Shown piece by piece: positions 32,994-43,636 of a stretch of 64,000 bases of DNA (within the stretch, counting starts at the first letter, position 1; each line of letters opens with the position of its first letter). The stretch is from Nitrospinales bacterium. GTDB lineage: Bacteria > Nitrospinota > Nitrospinia > Nitrospinales > VA-1. The position numbers and the translations under genes are program-made. Below the pieces are notes generated by a model that did not search any database, was not told the DNA's origin, and worked only from the letters and a program-made list of their open reading frames with translations. The DNA lies in the NCBI GenBank assembly GCA_965223795.1, contig CBDCXL010000002.1, positions 320,001-384,000 of the forward strand, in the 5' to 3' direction.

Positions 32994-34229
32994 TCAGGTG
33001 AAGGAGCGGATGCGGTCGTCCAGCGCCTTCTGATCCTTGGCGAAGGACTGCAGGGCGGACTGGGTCATCAGATCGTCCAGGGCGATGGACTCGGGCCACT
33101 GGTCGAGCTTTGGAATCTTGCCGTGCGCGGTGATGGTCTTAAGATCCTCTTTCGTGAACGGGTGGAACAGGTTCTGTTCGCGGCAGGCTTCCTCCAGCCC
33201 GGCTCCGGTCATCGATTCGATGCCCTGCCGGTTGACCAGTTTATCCACGAATTCCTTGAACTCATCGGTGACCGTCCACAGCGTGTCGAAGCGTCCGCCG
33301 GAAAGGTGCGCGGCGTCGATGCCCGGCGAGATGGTGTCGTCCACGTGGCTTGCGAGTTCATCCGGGGAGCGGCCGGAGTCCTGAAACTCCTTGAGCGCCG
33401 CGGGCGGGATGGTCTGCACGTCCAGCCCGGCGAGGAAGCTCACCTGGTCGCCGTTGCGGATGCTCGCGCCGATCAGTTTCGTGGTGATCTCGGGAAATTT
33501 CTCGCGGATCTCACGGATGCACTGCTGCGTCGCCAGCGTGACCTTCTCCCCCACCATCTCGCCGCTGCCCATTTTGTTGTCGATCACCACCTGGTTGAGC
33601 CGCCCCAGAAACACGTTGACGTAGGCGGGATTGGACAGCCGCGCGGCGAGGTAGTTCTGGCGCGCCGAAAAGCCCAGCGTGTAGTTGATCGGCATGCCCT
33701 CGAGCCGCAGCTTGCGCACGGCGAGGTAGCCTTCGGGCGTGAGCGGGATCTTGACGGTGAAGTACTGCGGGCACACCTTGTAATAGCGGCGGGCGTAGTT
33801 GAGCGTGGTCTCGATGTCGCGCGACATGACCGGGTGCAGCTCCACGCTCACCTTGACCTTGAAGGCCTGCACCAGACGCAGCGCGATCTTGCAGTTGATG
33901 ACGAAACCGATCTCGGTGATCAGCTCCTCCTCGGTCAGATCGCCGGTGACGTCGCGGATCTTCTTCACGGTTTCCTTGATGGTGTCGTCCATCACGCCGC
34001 TCTGCACCACCTGGTTGGCCAGGGTGTTGTTGGTGGTCAGCGCTTCGAGCTCTTTCTTCCAGATCGAGCGCGCTTTTTCCAGGTCGCCCGTGTCCACCCA
34101 CAACTCGCTGCCCATCGCCTGCAGTTTCGCCAGCAGCGGGTGCGACTTGAACGCCGGGCGTCTTCCTTCGATTTCCTCATGGGCCAGGCCATGAATGACT
34201 TCATCCAGCTTCTGACCGATCGTTGTCAT
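32994..34229 (-). CDS. tal: transaldolase family protein
   Basis: LWVDTGD, TTNNTL, VKIPLTPEG (Schiff-base Lys), NYTLGFS, ASIR. Confidence 0.8.
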   Translation of the reverse strand: MTTIGQKLDEVIHGLAHEEIEGRRPAFKSHPLLAKLQAMGSELWVDTGDLEKARSIWKKELEALTTNNTLANQVVQSGVMDDTIKETVKKIRDVTGDLTEEELITEIGFVINCKIALRLVQAFKVKVSVELHPVMSRDIETTLNYARRYYKVCPQYFTVKIPLTPEGYLAVRKLRLEGMPINYTLGFSARQNYLAARLSNPAYVNVFLGRLNQVVIDNKMGSGEMVGEKVTLATQQCIREIREKFPEITTKLIGASIRNGDQVSFLAGLDVQTIPPAALKEFQDSGRSPDELASHVDDTISPGIDAAHLSGGRFDTLWTVTDEFKEFVDKLVNRQGIESMTGAGLEEACREQNLFHPFTKEDLKTITAHGKIPKLDQWPESIALDDLMTQSALQSFAKDQKALDDRIRSFT

Positions 34230-34233
34230 GTCC

Positions 34234-35556
34234 CTATCCTTTCTCAAATCCGGGTTTATTCAAAAGTGCGAACATGTTTTTCTTGTAAAATTCGACGCCG
34301 GGCTGGTCGAACGGGTTCACCTCGAACAGGTATCCCGTCATGGCGACGGCGCGCTCGAAAAAATAGAACAGCTGGCCGAGCGATCCGGGGCTGCGGTCCT
34401 TGAGCGTCAGCGTCATATTGGGAACGCCGCCTTCCTTGTGGGCAAGCGCCGTGCCTTTGTAGGCCTTGTCGTTGACGAAATCGAGGGTCTTGCCGGCGAG
34501 GTAGTTGAGACCGTCGTCGTCCTGATCGAATTCAGGCACCTCGAGCTGGCGGTTGGAAGCCCCCAGCATGAGAAAGGTCTCGAACAGGATGCGGTTGCCT
34601 TCCTGCACCCACTGCCCCAAAGAATGCAGGTCGGTGGTGTATTCGACGGAAGCGGGGAAGATGCCTTTCTGCTGCTTGCCTTCGCTCTCTCCGGCCAGCT
34701 GCTTCCACCATTCCAGCACATAGCTCAGGTTGGGATGAAACGAAGCGAGCACCTCCACGGTCTTTCCCTTCTGGTAAAGAATGTGGCGGATGGCGGCGTA
34801 CTGGTAGGACAGGTTGTCCCCGACGTCAGCGGTGTCGGAGGACAGCATCTCCCACACCTCGGCGCCGTCCATCAGTTCGCGGATGTCGATGCCGGCGACG
34901 GCGATGGGCAGAAGCCCGACCGGCGTCAGCACCGAGTAGCGTCCGCCCACATCGTCGGGGATGACGAAAGTCGGATAGCCTTCCTCGTCGGCGAGTTTCT
35001 TGAGCGCGCCGCGGCGGGCGTCTGTGGTGACGAAGATGCGCTGCTTGGCGCCGTTCTTGCCGTATTTTTTCTCCAGCAGGTTTTTCAGGATCCGGAACGC
35101 CACCGCCGGTTCGGTGGTGGTGCCGGATTTGGAGATCACGTTGAGGCAGATGTCCTTCTCCTCGATGAGATCCATGAGGTCGGCGTGGTAATCGGAACTC
35201 AGGTTGTGCCCGGCAAAATAAACCTCCGGGTGCTCTTTGGTCTGGACGCGCTGATTGTCGAAGGTGTGATTGAGAAACGAGACGGCCGCGCGCGCGCCCA
35301 GATAGGAACCGCCGATGCCGATGCTGATGAAGGCGTCGGAACGGTCGCGGATCTTGTGCGCCGCGTCTTCGATGACTTCGAGGTCCTCAAGTGTGGTGCG
35401 GGACGGCAGTCGCAGCCAGCCGAGGTAATCGTCGCCGGCGCCGCCGCCGTTTTCCAGGCTGGCGTGCAGGCGGTCCAGCTTCGACTGCAATCCGGCAATC
35501 TCCTGTTCGGAGACCCAGCCTGCGAGGTGTTCGCGGTCCAGCTCAATGGCGCTCAT
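34234..35556 (-). CDS. pgi: glucose-6-phosphate isomerase
   Basis: GIGGSYLG, SKSGTTTE, VGGRYSV, QLAGESEGK, NPFDQPGVE; AAGGAG RBS. Confidence 0.97.
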   Translation of the reverse strand: MSAIELDREHLAGWVSEQEIAGLQSKLDRLHASLENGGGAGDDYLGWLRLPSRTTLEDLEVIEDAAHKIRDRSDAFISIGIGGSYLGARAAVSFLNHTFDNQRVQTKEHPEVYFAGHNLSSDYHADLMDLIEEKDICLNVISKSGTTTEPAVAFRILKNLLEKKYGKNGAKQRIFVTTDARRGALKKLADEEGYPTFVIPDDVGGRYSVLTPVGLLPIAVAGIDIRELMDGAEVWEMLSSDTADVGDNLSYQYAAIRHILYQKGKTVEVLASFHPNLSYVLEWWKQLAGESEGKQQKGIFPASVEYTTDLHSLGQWVQEGNRILFETFLMLGASNRQLEVPEFDQDDDGLNYLAGKTLDFVNDKAYKGTALAHKEGGVPNMTLTLKDRSPGSLGQLFYFFERAVAMTGYLFEVNPFDQPGVEFYKKNMFALLNKPGFEKG

Positions 35557-35698
35557 GGACACTCCTTAGATGGTGAAATCCCCTGCACCCCCGGGGAGAG
35601 AAATGGTTTGACAAAGCCTGGGTGCTTATCCATTCTGGTCGCAGGGCGGCGCCCTTCCCCGGTCTATTGAACCCGGTTTCACTCACCGCGTGCGAGGC

Positions 35699-36055
35699 AT
35701 GAACTTCAAGATCATCGATTACACGATCGGAACGGTTTCCGGAATCATTATAGCCTTTACCGTCCTGCAAATCATCCCCGGTCACTGGAATATGCTGCTT
35801 GGCATGCTCGCCGGGAGTGTGATCGGGATGGCGCTCAAGTTTGTCCTGCTGATCGGGCTGGCTCCCTTTTTCGGCGCGTTCGAGGTGATGATCCCCGTGA
35901 GCCTCATCGCCATGATCGTGGGCATGGTCTCGGGCATGGCCGCAACCGCAGGCCCGATCCCGGCGGGCTGCGTCTACGCGGCGGGCGGCGCGATCGGGTT
36001 CGCCATCGCGGGAATGGTGCTGCGCTCCAACCGGAAACTCACACAATCCAAGTAA
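35699..36055 (+). CDS. small hydrophobic membrane protein (4 TM)
   Basis: Gly/Met-rich hydrophobic helices; operonic with the methyltransferase. Confidence 0.7.
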   Translation: MNFKIIDYTIGTVSGIIIAFTVLQIIPGHWNMLLGMLAGSVIGMALKFVLLIGLAPFFGAFEVMIPVSLIAMIVGMVSGMAATAGPIPAGCVYAAGGAIGFAIAGMVLRSNRKLTQSK

Positions 36056-36062
36056 GTCTGGC

Positions 36063-36656
36063 ATGGCAGAAAAAAATTACGACAAAATCGCCAAAGTGTT
36101 CGATTTTTTCCGCCAGGGGGATCTCAAGCGCTGGGGGCACATCCAGAGACAGCATTTCGAGCCGATGCGCGGCCGGGTCCTGCACGTGGGCGCGGGAACG
36201 GGACTGGAAATCCAGAATTTCCCCGCAGGACTGGACATCACCGCCATCGACCTCAGCCCGCGGATGCTGGCGCGCGCCCACGCCCGCGCCGGGTCCTACC
36301 GGGGCACGCTGCGCTGTGTGCAGATGAACGCCGAGGCGCTGGCGTTTCCGGATCACAGCTTCGACACGGTGGCGGCGGTGTGCGTGTTCTGCACGGTGGC
36401 GGATCCCGTCCAGGGGCTGAAAGAGGTGCGGCGGGTGCTGAAACCGGATGGCAAGCTTTTGATGTTCGAGCACGTTTTGAGCCGCAACCTCTTCTACGGA
36501 CTGAGTCTCCGGTTCATGTCGCTGTTCACCACGGCGCTGGAGGGGACGCATCTGGACCGCGACACGGTGGGCAACGTGCGTAAAGCGGGATTCCGGGTGG
36601 AAGCGGACCGCAATGTCTATCTCGACATCGTCAAGGCCATCGTGGCGGTTCCCTGA
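36063..36656 (+). CDS. class I SAM-dependent methyltransferase
   Basis: VLHVGAGTG, IDLSPRML, SFDTV, VLKPDG. Confidence 0.9.
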   Translation: MAEKNYDKIAKVFDFFRQGDLKRWGHIQRQHFEPMRGRVLHVGAGTGLEIQNFPAGLDITAIDLSPRMLARAHARAGSYRGTLRCVQMNAEALAFPDHSFDTVAAVCVFCTVADPVQGLKEVRRVLKPDGKLLMFEHVLSRNLFYGLSLRFMSLFTTALEGTHLDRDTVGNVRKAGFRVEADRNVYLDIVKAIVAVP

Positions 36657-36666
36657 GCTCGCAGCC

Positions 36667-38286
36667 TCAACCGGCGCGGGCGGCTTTTTTGGGTTTGGCG
36701 GCGACGGGCTTTTTCACGCCCGAGAGGATGAAGTAGTTTTTGATGTGTTTTTTGTCGATCAGCCGCTTGGCGAACTCCTGCGCTTCGCCCTTGCCTTCAA
36801 AGCGGCCGACGCGCACCTTGTACCAGCTGCCGCCGGATTTTTTCGGCGCCTGGATGGTGTACAGTCCTTTCACCCCTTTTTTCTTCAGCGAGGACACCAT
36901 GCGGTTGGCCTGTTTCGAGGAAGTGACGGCGGCGATCTGGATGGTGTAGATCCGGTCCGTCGCCTGCGGCTTGATCTTCGCCGGAGCCGGGGCGGGAGCG
37001 GGTTCGGGAGGCGGCGGCGCCTCCACCTGGACGGCCTTCTGCCGGCTCCAGTCCTTATAGTTCAATCCGACGACGACGAGGATCACCAGGATGAAGAGGC
37101 CCGCGAACTTGACGAGCAGCCGGGTCTTGCTGAAGCCGATCAGCCCGTCCACCAGCCGCAGCCCGACGCCGCGCGCCGCATCGCCGAACACGCGGCCGAC
37201 GCCGAGGAGCCCGGCGCGCAGCCGTCCCATCAGGGAGACGTCGAGCCCCATGCGCACCTTCCAGCGGTCCAGCTCCTCGATATCCTCGGCGCTGAAAAAA
37301 TTCAGTTTCTTGAGCCGCCCGGAGATGCGGCTGTTCTCCACCATTTCCTTCAGCTCCGCCTGCGCCGCGGGATCGAGGGACTCGAAGGTCTCCCTGCATT
37401 TCTCATGCAAAAGCGGATCGATACCCATGAGGTGCCCCTTGCAATAGTTGAGGGCGAGGAGTTCCTTGAGCTTTTTTTCGACGGCGCGGCGGTACGGCAG
37501 CGCGTGGTGGTAGAACCACAGCGCGGCGGGATCGGTGCGGCCGTTTTCCAGCAGCGACGGCAGGACGAGGTCGATGATGCGCGGTGAGATCTCGCGCCCG
37601 CGCTGAAGGGCGTGCAGGAACAGGGGCTCGGTCTTGGCGGTGTACTGTTTGCGCTCCAGAAACACGGAAGCGAGGTGATCGGAAATGAAATCGTCCTTGT
37701 AATCCTCGGCTTTCAGCATGACCAGCAGCAGGTCGATGTCGTTTTCGGACAGGTCCCCGCCCTTGTCGAGGATGGCGAGCAGCGGCGCGCGGAACTTGGA
37801 GTTGGTGGGATTCTGCAGGAAGGCCTTGAGGTAGACCTTGAGCGCCTCTTCGTCCTCGCGCCCGATGGACAGGAGGTAATCGGCGAATTTGCGCACCACC
37901 CGGCCGCGGAACTTCCTGCCCTGGCCGGGGAGAAAGTAGGAGGTGGAGGTGAAGTGCAGCAGGTCCTGGTACTGCCTGAGCACCGCGTCCTTGTCGTCCA
38001 GCGGGCCTTTGTCTTTCAGTTCGTGAAACGCGTTGTTGAATTTCTGCTCGCCGATCAGCCCGTAGGCGAAAAAACCGAAAAACACGCAGACGCCGAGGAT
38101 CGCCCACTGGATGGTCCCGTCGTCGAACTGCACGTTGGGCAGGGCGACCTCATGAATGAAAAAGAGGGTGAAAAACCCCAGGAACAGGAGCAGGAAAAAA
38201 GAGATGCCCACCCGGGCCATGAGGTATTTGAGGGACTGATACCACACGCCCGGTTCCGGAAGGATGCGTTCTGCCTGCGCTTTCAA
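36667..38286 (-). CDS. membrane-anchored SPOR domain protein
   Basis: N-terminal TMs, helical region, TM, Pro-rich linker, YTIQIAA...WYKVRVG SPOR domain. Confidence 0.85.
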   Translation of the reverse strand: MKAQAERILPEPGVWYQSLKYLMARVGISFFLLLFLGFFTLFFIHEVALPNVQFDDGTIQWAILGVCVFFGFFAYGLIGEQKFNNAFHELKDKGPLDDKDAVLRQYQDLLHFTSTSYFLPGQGRKFRGRVVRKFADYLLSIGREDEEALKVYLKAFLQNPTNSKFRAPLLAILDKGGDLSENDIDLLLVMLKAEDYKDDFISDHLASVFLERKQYTAKTEPLFLHALQRGREISPRIIDLVLPSLLENGRTDPAALWFYHHALPYRRAVEKKLKELLALNYCKGHLMGIDPLLHEKCRETFESLDPAAQAELKEMVENSRISGRLKKLNFFSAEDIEELDRWKVRMGLDVSLMGRLRAGLLGVGRVFGDAARGVGLRLVDGLIGFSKTRLLVKFAGLFILVILVVVGLNYKDWSRQKAVQVEAPPPPEPAPAPAPAKIKPQATDRIYTIQIAAVTSSKQANRMVSSLKKKGVKGLYTIQAPKKSGGSWYKVRVGRFEGKGEAQEFAKRLIDKKHIKNYFILSGVKKPVAAKPKKAARAG

Positions 38287-38298
38287 CTCGTCGCTCCT

Positions 38299-40383
38299 TT
38301 ACGGGAAACCGCCGCCGATGTTGGACGCGGGAAGGGATTCGATGCCGGTGGCCTCCTGGGGAAACTCGTCGAAAAGCGGGTCTTCCAGCTCCTCCTGCGG
38401 CAGAGGGCTCAGGTCCACTTCCTCCTTGACGGCCACGGGCATGGACTCGATGGCGGAGTAATCGGGAATCCTGCCGGTCTGCACGTCCACCTCCACGATC
38501 TTGATGCCGGTGGGCACGGGAAACTTGACCTGCTTTTTCCCCTGCAGCGCCTTCTGCATGAAGAACACCCAGATGGGCACGGCGGCCCGGCCGCCGGTCA
38601 GCCCGCGCTGGTTGCGGTCGAGCATCGGGTCGTTGTTGTCGTAGCCCACCCACACGGACACGGACAGGTCTTTGGTGAAGCCGTTGAACCAGGCGTCCTT
38701 GAAGTCGTTGGTGGTGCCGGTCTTGCCGCCGGCGGGGTGCTTGAAACCCATGCGGCGCACGGTGCGGCCGGTTCCCGCGTCCACCACGCCCTGCATCATA
38801 TCCACCAGGGGATACATGAGTTCCTGGGAGTAGCGCTGCACGCCCTGGTAGTAGTGCTGGTAGAGCTGGTTGCCGTGAAAATCTTCGATCTTCTCAATGA
38901 AGAAGGGTTCATTGTACACGCCGAGGTTGGCGATCATGCTGTACGCGGCGGCCATCTCCAGCGGCGACACGGCTGAGGTCCCGAGCGCCAGCGACATGTT
39001 GGGGCCCAGGTGGCTTTTGATGCCGAACTTCCTGCCGGTCTCGACGACTTTCTGCGGCGTGACCTTTTCCACCAGCTTGGCGGACACCACGTTGATGGAG
39101 CGCATCAGGGCTTTTTTCAGGATGATGTCGCCGGCGTAGATGTCGCCGAAGTTTTTCGGTTCCCAGGGCGCGGAACCGGGGATCTCGATGAAATAGGGCT
39201 CGTCTTTAATGACGGTGGCCGGGGTGTAGTCGAGCACTTCCATGGCGGTCAGGTACACCAGCGGCTTGAAGGAGGAACCGGGCAGCCGGTTGCCGGAGAC
39301 GGCGCGGTTGAACTGGCTCAACGAGTAGTTGCGCCCGCCCAGCATGGCGCGGACCGCGCCGCTTTTGTTCTCCACCGCCACCACGGCGGTCTGCAGCGGC
39401 CCGTCGCGTTTCACCATCCCCTCTTCCAAGCCTTCCAGGTGGGACTGCGCGGCTTTCAGGGCGAAGCGCTGGTATCGGCTGTCGAGGGTGGTGTAGATTT
39501 TCAACCCGCCGTAGTGCACGAACTCCTTGCCGTAGTCCTTTTCCAGCTTGTCGATGACGAAGTTGGCGAAGTACAGGTTGGGATCGGATTTCTTCTTCGG
39601 CGTGACCAGTTCCAGATCCGCGTTGAGCGCCTCTTCTTTCTGCCCGGCGGTGATGAATTTCTGCCGCTCCATGCGGTTGAGAACGAGCCGGGCGCGGGCC
39701 ATGGAACGGTCGAAATTGGTGAACGGGTTGGCGCCTTTGGGCGATTTGGGCAGTCCCGCGAGCACCGCGGCCTGCAGCAGGGTCAGGTCCTTGGCGCGTT
39801 TGGCGAAGTATACTTTGGAGGCTTCCTCGACGCCGTAGGCGCCGCTGCCGAAATAGATCTGGTTGCAGTAGGCTTCGAGGATCTGGTCCTTGTCGAAGGT
39901 GGCCTCGAGCTGGGAAGCGATGAGAAATTCCTTGAACTTGCGCACGAACTTGCGCTCAAAGGAGAAGAACAGGTTTTTCGACAGCTGCTGGGTGATGGTG
40001 CTGCCGCCTTCGAGCCAGCGCCCGGCGCGCAGGTTGACCAGCATGGCGCGCATGAAGCCGCGGTGGTCGAGGCCGTGGTGTTCATAGAACCTGCGGTCCT
40101 CGACGGCGAGGATGGCTTTGAGAAAGTTCGGCGAGATGTTTTCGATGGACACGGGGTGGCGCTCGCCGATGATCATGATCCGCTCGCCGTCCCAGGAATA
40201 GATCTCGGTGGGCAGGCTGAGGTTGATCTTTTCCAGGTCGTCGGGAAGCTGGGGCAGATCCCGGCTGTAGGTGAAGTAAAAGCCGACACCGGCCAGCCCC
40301 GCCAGCAGCAGGCCGCCGTATACCAGGAAAAACAGTTTTTCGAATATTTTTCGGATCAAGCCAACCCCCGTGCCGTTTCGCAA
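38299..40383 (-). CDS. second class A penicillin-binding protein (PBP1A family)
   Basis: EDRRFYEH, GGSTITQQL, SSFK, SIN, KTGT; start uncertain. Confidence 0.92.
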   Translation of the reverse strand: MRNGTGVGLIRKIFEKLFFLVYGGLLLAGLAGVGFYFTYSRDLPQLPDDLEKINLSLPTEIYSWDGERIMIIGERHPVSIENISPNFLKAILAVEDRRFYEHHGLDHRGFMRAMLVNLRAGRWLEGGSTITQQLSKNLFFSFERKFVRKFKEFLIASQLEATFDKDQILEAYCNQIYFGSGAYGVEEASKVYFAKRAKDLTLLQAAVLAGLPKSPKGANPFTNFDRSMARARLVLNRMERQKFITAGQKEEALNADLELVTPKKKSDPNLYFANFVIDKLEKDYGKEFVHYGGLKIYTTLDSRYQRFALKAAQSHLEGLEEGMVKRDGPLQTAVVAVENKSGAVRAMLGGRNYSLSQFNRAVSGNRLPGSSFKPLVYLTAMEVLDYTPATVIKDEPYFIEIPGSAPWEPKNFGDIYAGDIILKKALMRSINVVSAKLVEKVTPQKVVETGRKFGIKSHLGPNMSLALGTSAVSPLEMAAAYSMIANLGVYNEPFFIEKIEDFHGNQLYQHYYQGVQRYSQELMYPLVDMMQGVVDAGTGRTVRRMGFKHPAGGKTGTTNDFKDAWFNGFTKDLSVSVWVGYDNNDPMLDRNQRGLTGGRAAVPIWVFFMQKALQGKKQVKFPVPTGIKIVEVDVQTGRIPDYSAIESMPVAVKEEVDLSPLPQEELEDPLFDEFPQEATGIESLPASNIGGGFP

Positions 40384-40430
40384 ACGAGAACGCGTCTATA
40401 AGGATACCGCGTATCGGGATATTTTTAGGA

Positions 40431-41336
40431 TTAAAATATTTCTCCGGAGGGGTCTTCCAGGGGCATGGCGTCCTGGGGGGAATCTTCCGCCTCCGATCTT
40501 TCGATTTGAGACAGCATGTTGTAGGCGATTTCAAGCGGGACGGGGATCACCAGCACCCCGGTGTAGTAATCGGTGTCGTACTCGATGCCGAATATCATGT
40601 GCTGCGGGTCGGCGCCGTTGGATTCCTCGGAAACGCCCACGCGGGTGACGTGGTAGCCCTTTTCCAGAAACCACCGGGGCTCGGGGAACACGCCTTTCTG
40701 GGTGTCCGGGTCGAGCGTCGCGATGATCGCCAGGTACTCGTCGATGGAAAAAATCCGGTCTTCGGGGAAATCGACTTCCTCCAGCCGCCCGCGTTTCACG
40801 GTGCGCGTGGACTGGATGCCGAACAGGTTGTCCACCGACAGGAATTTCTCCTGAATGGAAACGCCCTGCATGTCGAGAAAGCCCAGGGTGATCCAGGGAC
40901 CGAACCGTTTCAGGATAACGCGGGACCAGCTCTTGCGGGCGTCGATCTGAATGAGCTCATACGGGGAGATGATGCGTTCGGCCCAGGGGCCGGGATAGTC
41001 GTAATACAGGTCGAGAAATTTCTTCCTCGACACGGCCAGGGGAAAGGCGGGCGCTACGGTTTCGAACAGCTGCTTGAAGGTTTCAACCGAATCGCCGGTC
41101 TGCTCCTGCAGGTCCTGGGTGGTGCGCAGGGACTGGATTTTGGTCTGCGCGACCAGGGCCTGACGGTCTTTTTCCCAGATCCGGCCCAGCTGCGGCCTTT
41201 TATGATTTTGCCATTTAAGGTAGTTGCCGATCCCGCGTTCGATGAAATGCCCGAAATACTCCAGCACGGCGATCACGGTCAACAGGACCAGAAACGTCAC
41301 TCCATGCCTTTGCCTTCCGAAGCGGGCGGATTTCAC
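40431..41336 (-). CDS. hypothetical membrane-anchored protein
   Basis: 301-aa ORF with one N-terminal TM, in operon context. Confidence 0.75.
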   Translation of the reverse strand: MKSARFGRQRHGVTFLVLLTVIAVLEYFGHFIERGIGNYLKWQNHKRPQLGRIWEKDRQALVAQTKIQSLRTTQDLQEQTGDSVETFKQLFETVAPAFPLAVSRKKFLDLYYDYPGPWAERIISPYELIQIDARKSWSRVILKRFGPWITLGFLDMQGVSIQEKFLSVDNLFGIQSTRTVKRGRLEEVDFPEDRIFSIDEYLAIIATLDPDTQKGVFPEPRWFLEKGYHVTRVGVSEESNGADPQHMIFGIEYDTDYYTGVLVIPVPLEIAYNMLSQIERSEAEDSPQDAMPLEDPSGEIF

Positions 41337-41342
41337 GGTGCC

Positions 41343-41993
41343 TCATCTCACGGTGATTTTCTGGACGGAGCGGGTGATCATCTTCAGTTTGTCGATTTTT
41401 TCCTTGAGCACTTTCTTATCGACCTTTTTCCGGCCAGGCTTTTTTTTCTTCACGTTTTTCGCGGATCTGGAAGCGGCGGTGCGGCTGCGTTTGGAGAGCA
41501 CGCGCGGCGCGGCCTTTTTCTTCGAACGGGCGGGCGTCTTTTTCTTGGCGCCGGTCTTGCCCCTGCCGTCCTTCAATGCCTTGCTGATGGCGGACAGGCA
41601 CTGGTTCTGCAGATCGGCATCCATTTTGCGGAATATCGACACCAGCTTGCGTTCCGAATCGTCGATGGTGATCATTTCCTGCTTGGAGGGCTTTTTGAAC
41701 GCGACCAGACCGGAGCGGAAGTTCACGGAGCGGACCTCCGGGAAATTCGACTTCTTGTTTATCGCCTTAACGGGCGAAATGTAGCTTTTGTTGACCTCGG
41801 TGGTCAAAAGCTGCTCGAGGGAAATGTTCCCCAGCCGCGCGATCTTCACCAGGATGGAAACCGGAGCGTCCCGTTCTCCCGCTTCGTACCGGACATAAGT
41901 TCTAAACCCCACTTTGAGGATATCCGCCATCATCGACTGCGTGCAGCGGAGCTCCTTGCGAATGGTTTTCAGATTTTTAGCCAGTATTGACAT
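41343..41993 (-). CDS. XRE-family HTH regulator with Lys/Arg-rich C-terminal tail
   Basis: NLKTIRKEL..TQ..MA..L.V...TYVRYEAGER; basic tail KKKTPARSKKKAAP... Confidence 0.85.
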   Translation of the reverse strand: MSILAKNLKTIRKELRCTQSMMADILKVGFRTYVRYEAGERDAPVSILVKIARLGNISLEQLLTTEVNKSYISPVKAINKKSNFPEVRSVNFRSGLVAFKKPSKQEMITIDDSERKLVSIFRKMDADLQNQCLSAISKALKDGRGKTGAKKKTPARSKKKAAPRVLSKRSRTAASRSAKNVKKKKPGRKKVDKKVLKEKIDKLKMITRSVQKITVR

Positions 41994-42192
41994 GAAACCG
42001 TCTCCTTATCCAAAAAAATTTTCCCAGAATTACCCAGACAATGCAATCTTTCTTTCCGTTCATTTTCGGGCCGCGGACACAAAACGGGCTCGGGCTGCGC
42101 TTTACAGTAACGCTCCCGGTTCAAGGAAACGCAACAGGGTGGATCGCCGTCCGCCGTTTCTTCAATGTCGGCGGGGTGACTGCGAACGGGCC

Positions 42193-43167
42193 TCAGCCGT
42201 TGAGCAGCCGGGCGGCGCTGCGGGCGGAATAGGTCAGGATCATCTGCGCTCCGGCACGCCGTATGCTCAACAACACTTCCATCATGGCCGCCTCGCCGTC
42301 CACCCACTTCTGCTTTGCGGCAGCCTGGATCATGGCGTATTCTCCGCTGACGTTGTACGCGGCGACGGGGACCTGAACTTCCTCCCGCACCCGGTGGATG
42401 ATGTCCAGGTAAGACAGGGCGGGCTTCACCATCACGATGTCGGCGCCTTCCTCGATGTCCTGCCGGACTTCGCGCAGGGCTTCGTCGCTGTTCGCCGGGT
42501 CCATCTGGTAGGAACGCCGGTCGCCGAACTGGGGCGAGGAGTCCGCCGCTTCGCGGAACGGGCCGTAAAAGGCGGAAGCGTACTTCGCCGCGTAGGACAT
42601 CAGGATCGTATCCTCATGCCCGGTTTCATCGAGAACACCGCGTATGGCCTGGACCCGGCCGTCCATCATATCCGAAGGCGCCACGATGTCGGCCCCGGCT
42701 TCCGCGTGGGTGAGCGCCATTTTGGACAACAATTCCAGTGTCGGGTCGTTGACGATGGTGTTGCCTTCCACCAGCCCGCAATGGCCGTGATCGGTGTATT
42801 CGTCGATGCACACGTCGGTGATGACGATCATGTCCGGCACCGCCGCCTTGATTTCGCGGATGGCCCGCTGCACGACGCCGTCGGGGTTGTAGGCTTCGGT
42901 CCCGCGCGCGTCTTTTTTGTCGGGAATCCCGAACAGGATCACGGCGGGAATGCCCAGGGCATGGGTTTCCCGGACTTCCTTGACGAGTGTGTCCGCGGAC
43001 CAGCGGTGCACTCCCGGCATGGAGGTGATCTCCTTCTTCACGCCGCTGCCTTCGCAGACGAAGTACGGATCGATCAGGTTGTCCGCGGACAGGGCGGTCT
43101 CGCGCACCATGCGGCGCACCGGCGCATGGGCTCGAAGCCTCCTGTATCTATGTAATGGAAACGGCAT
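42193..43167 (-). CDS. hemB: porphobilinogen synthase
   Basis: CIDEYTDHGHC, APSDMMDGRV, FYGPFRE, VMVKPA. Confidence 0.97.
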   Translation of the reverse strand: MPFPLHRYRRLRAHAPVRRMVRETALSADNLIDPYFVCEGSGVKKEITSMPGVHRWSADTLVKEVRETHALGIPAVILFGIPDKKDARGTEAYNPDGVVQRAIREIKAAVPDMIVITDVCIDEYTDHGHCGLVEGNTIVNDPTLELLSKMALTHAEAGADIVAPSDMMDGRVQAIRGVLDETGHEDTILMSYAAKYASAFYGPFREAADSSPQFGDRRSYQMDPANSDEALREVRQDIEEGADIVMVKPALSYLDIIHRVREEVQVPVAAYNVSGEYAMIQAAAKQKWVDGEAAMMEVLLSIRRAGAQMILTYSARSAARLLNG

Positions 43168-43547
43168 AGCAAGGAGAAGCGGGATGAAACGAAAGGAACG
43201 TGTCCCCTGAAAACGGAAAAACGACTATCCAATATTACTTGAGGTTTGTCAAGGGTAGCACGACTGTCTGCAACCATCAACAAGCGGAATGGAAGCGAAC
43301 CCGTTGCGGCTGTGCAACTTCATGATTTCTTGGGTAACGCCATACCGGATTTTTTTTCGCGCCTGCCCGTTCGCGGAATGCCGGTCCGGCGGTCGACTCT
43401 CCGTCCGGCTTGCGTTGAAATTTTGACGCTCTTTTTCACCGGCAGGGAAAAAATGACCGGTTTTTTTTGACTGGGCCTTCTCGGGCAAAATGGATCAAGC
43501 GGTTATGCCGAAACGGTTTTCCCGGTGACGGCTTCTTTTCGGAAAGC

Positions 43548-43563
43548 TGGCACAACTTTTGCT
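43548..43563 (+). promoter_or_regulatory. sigma-54 (-24/-12) promoter
   Basis: TGGCAC-AACTT-TTGCT, about 70 bp upstream of the 43637 gene. Confidence 0.75.
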
Positions 43564-43636
43564 CCCCATAAGGATAATTGATTCATTTTCTGCTATTTAC
43601 AGCAAAGATTGCACACTTTCCGAGGAGACAGTGACC

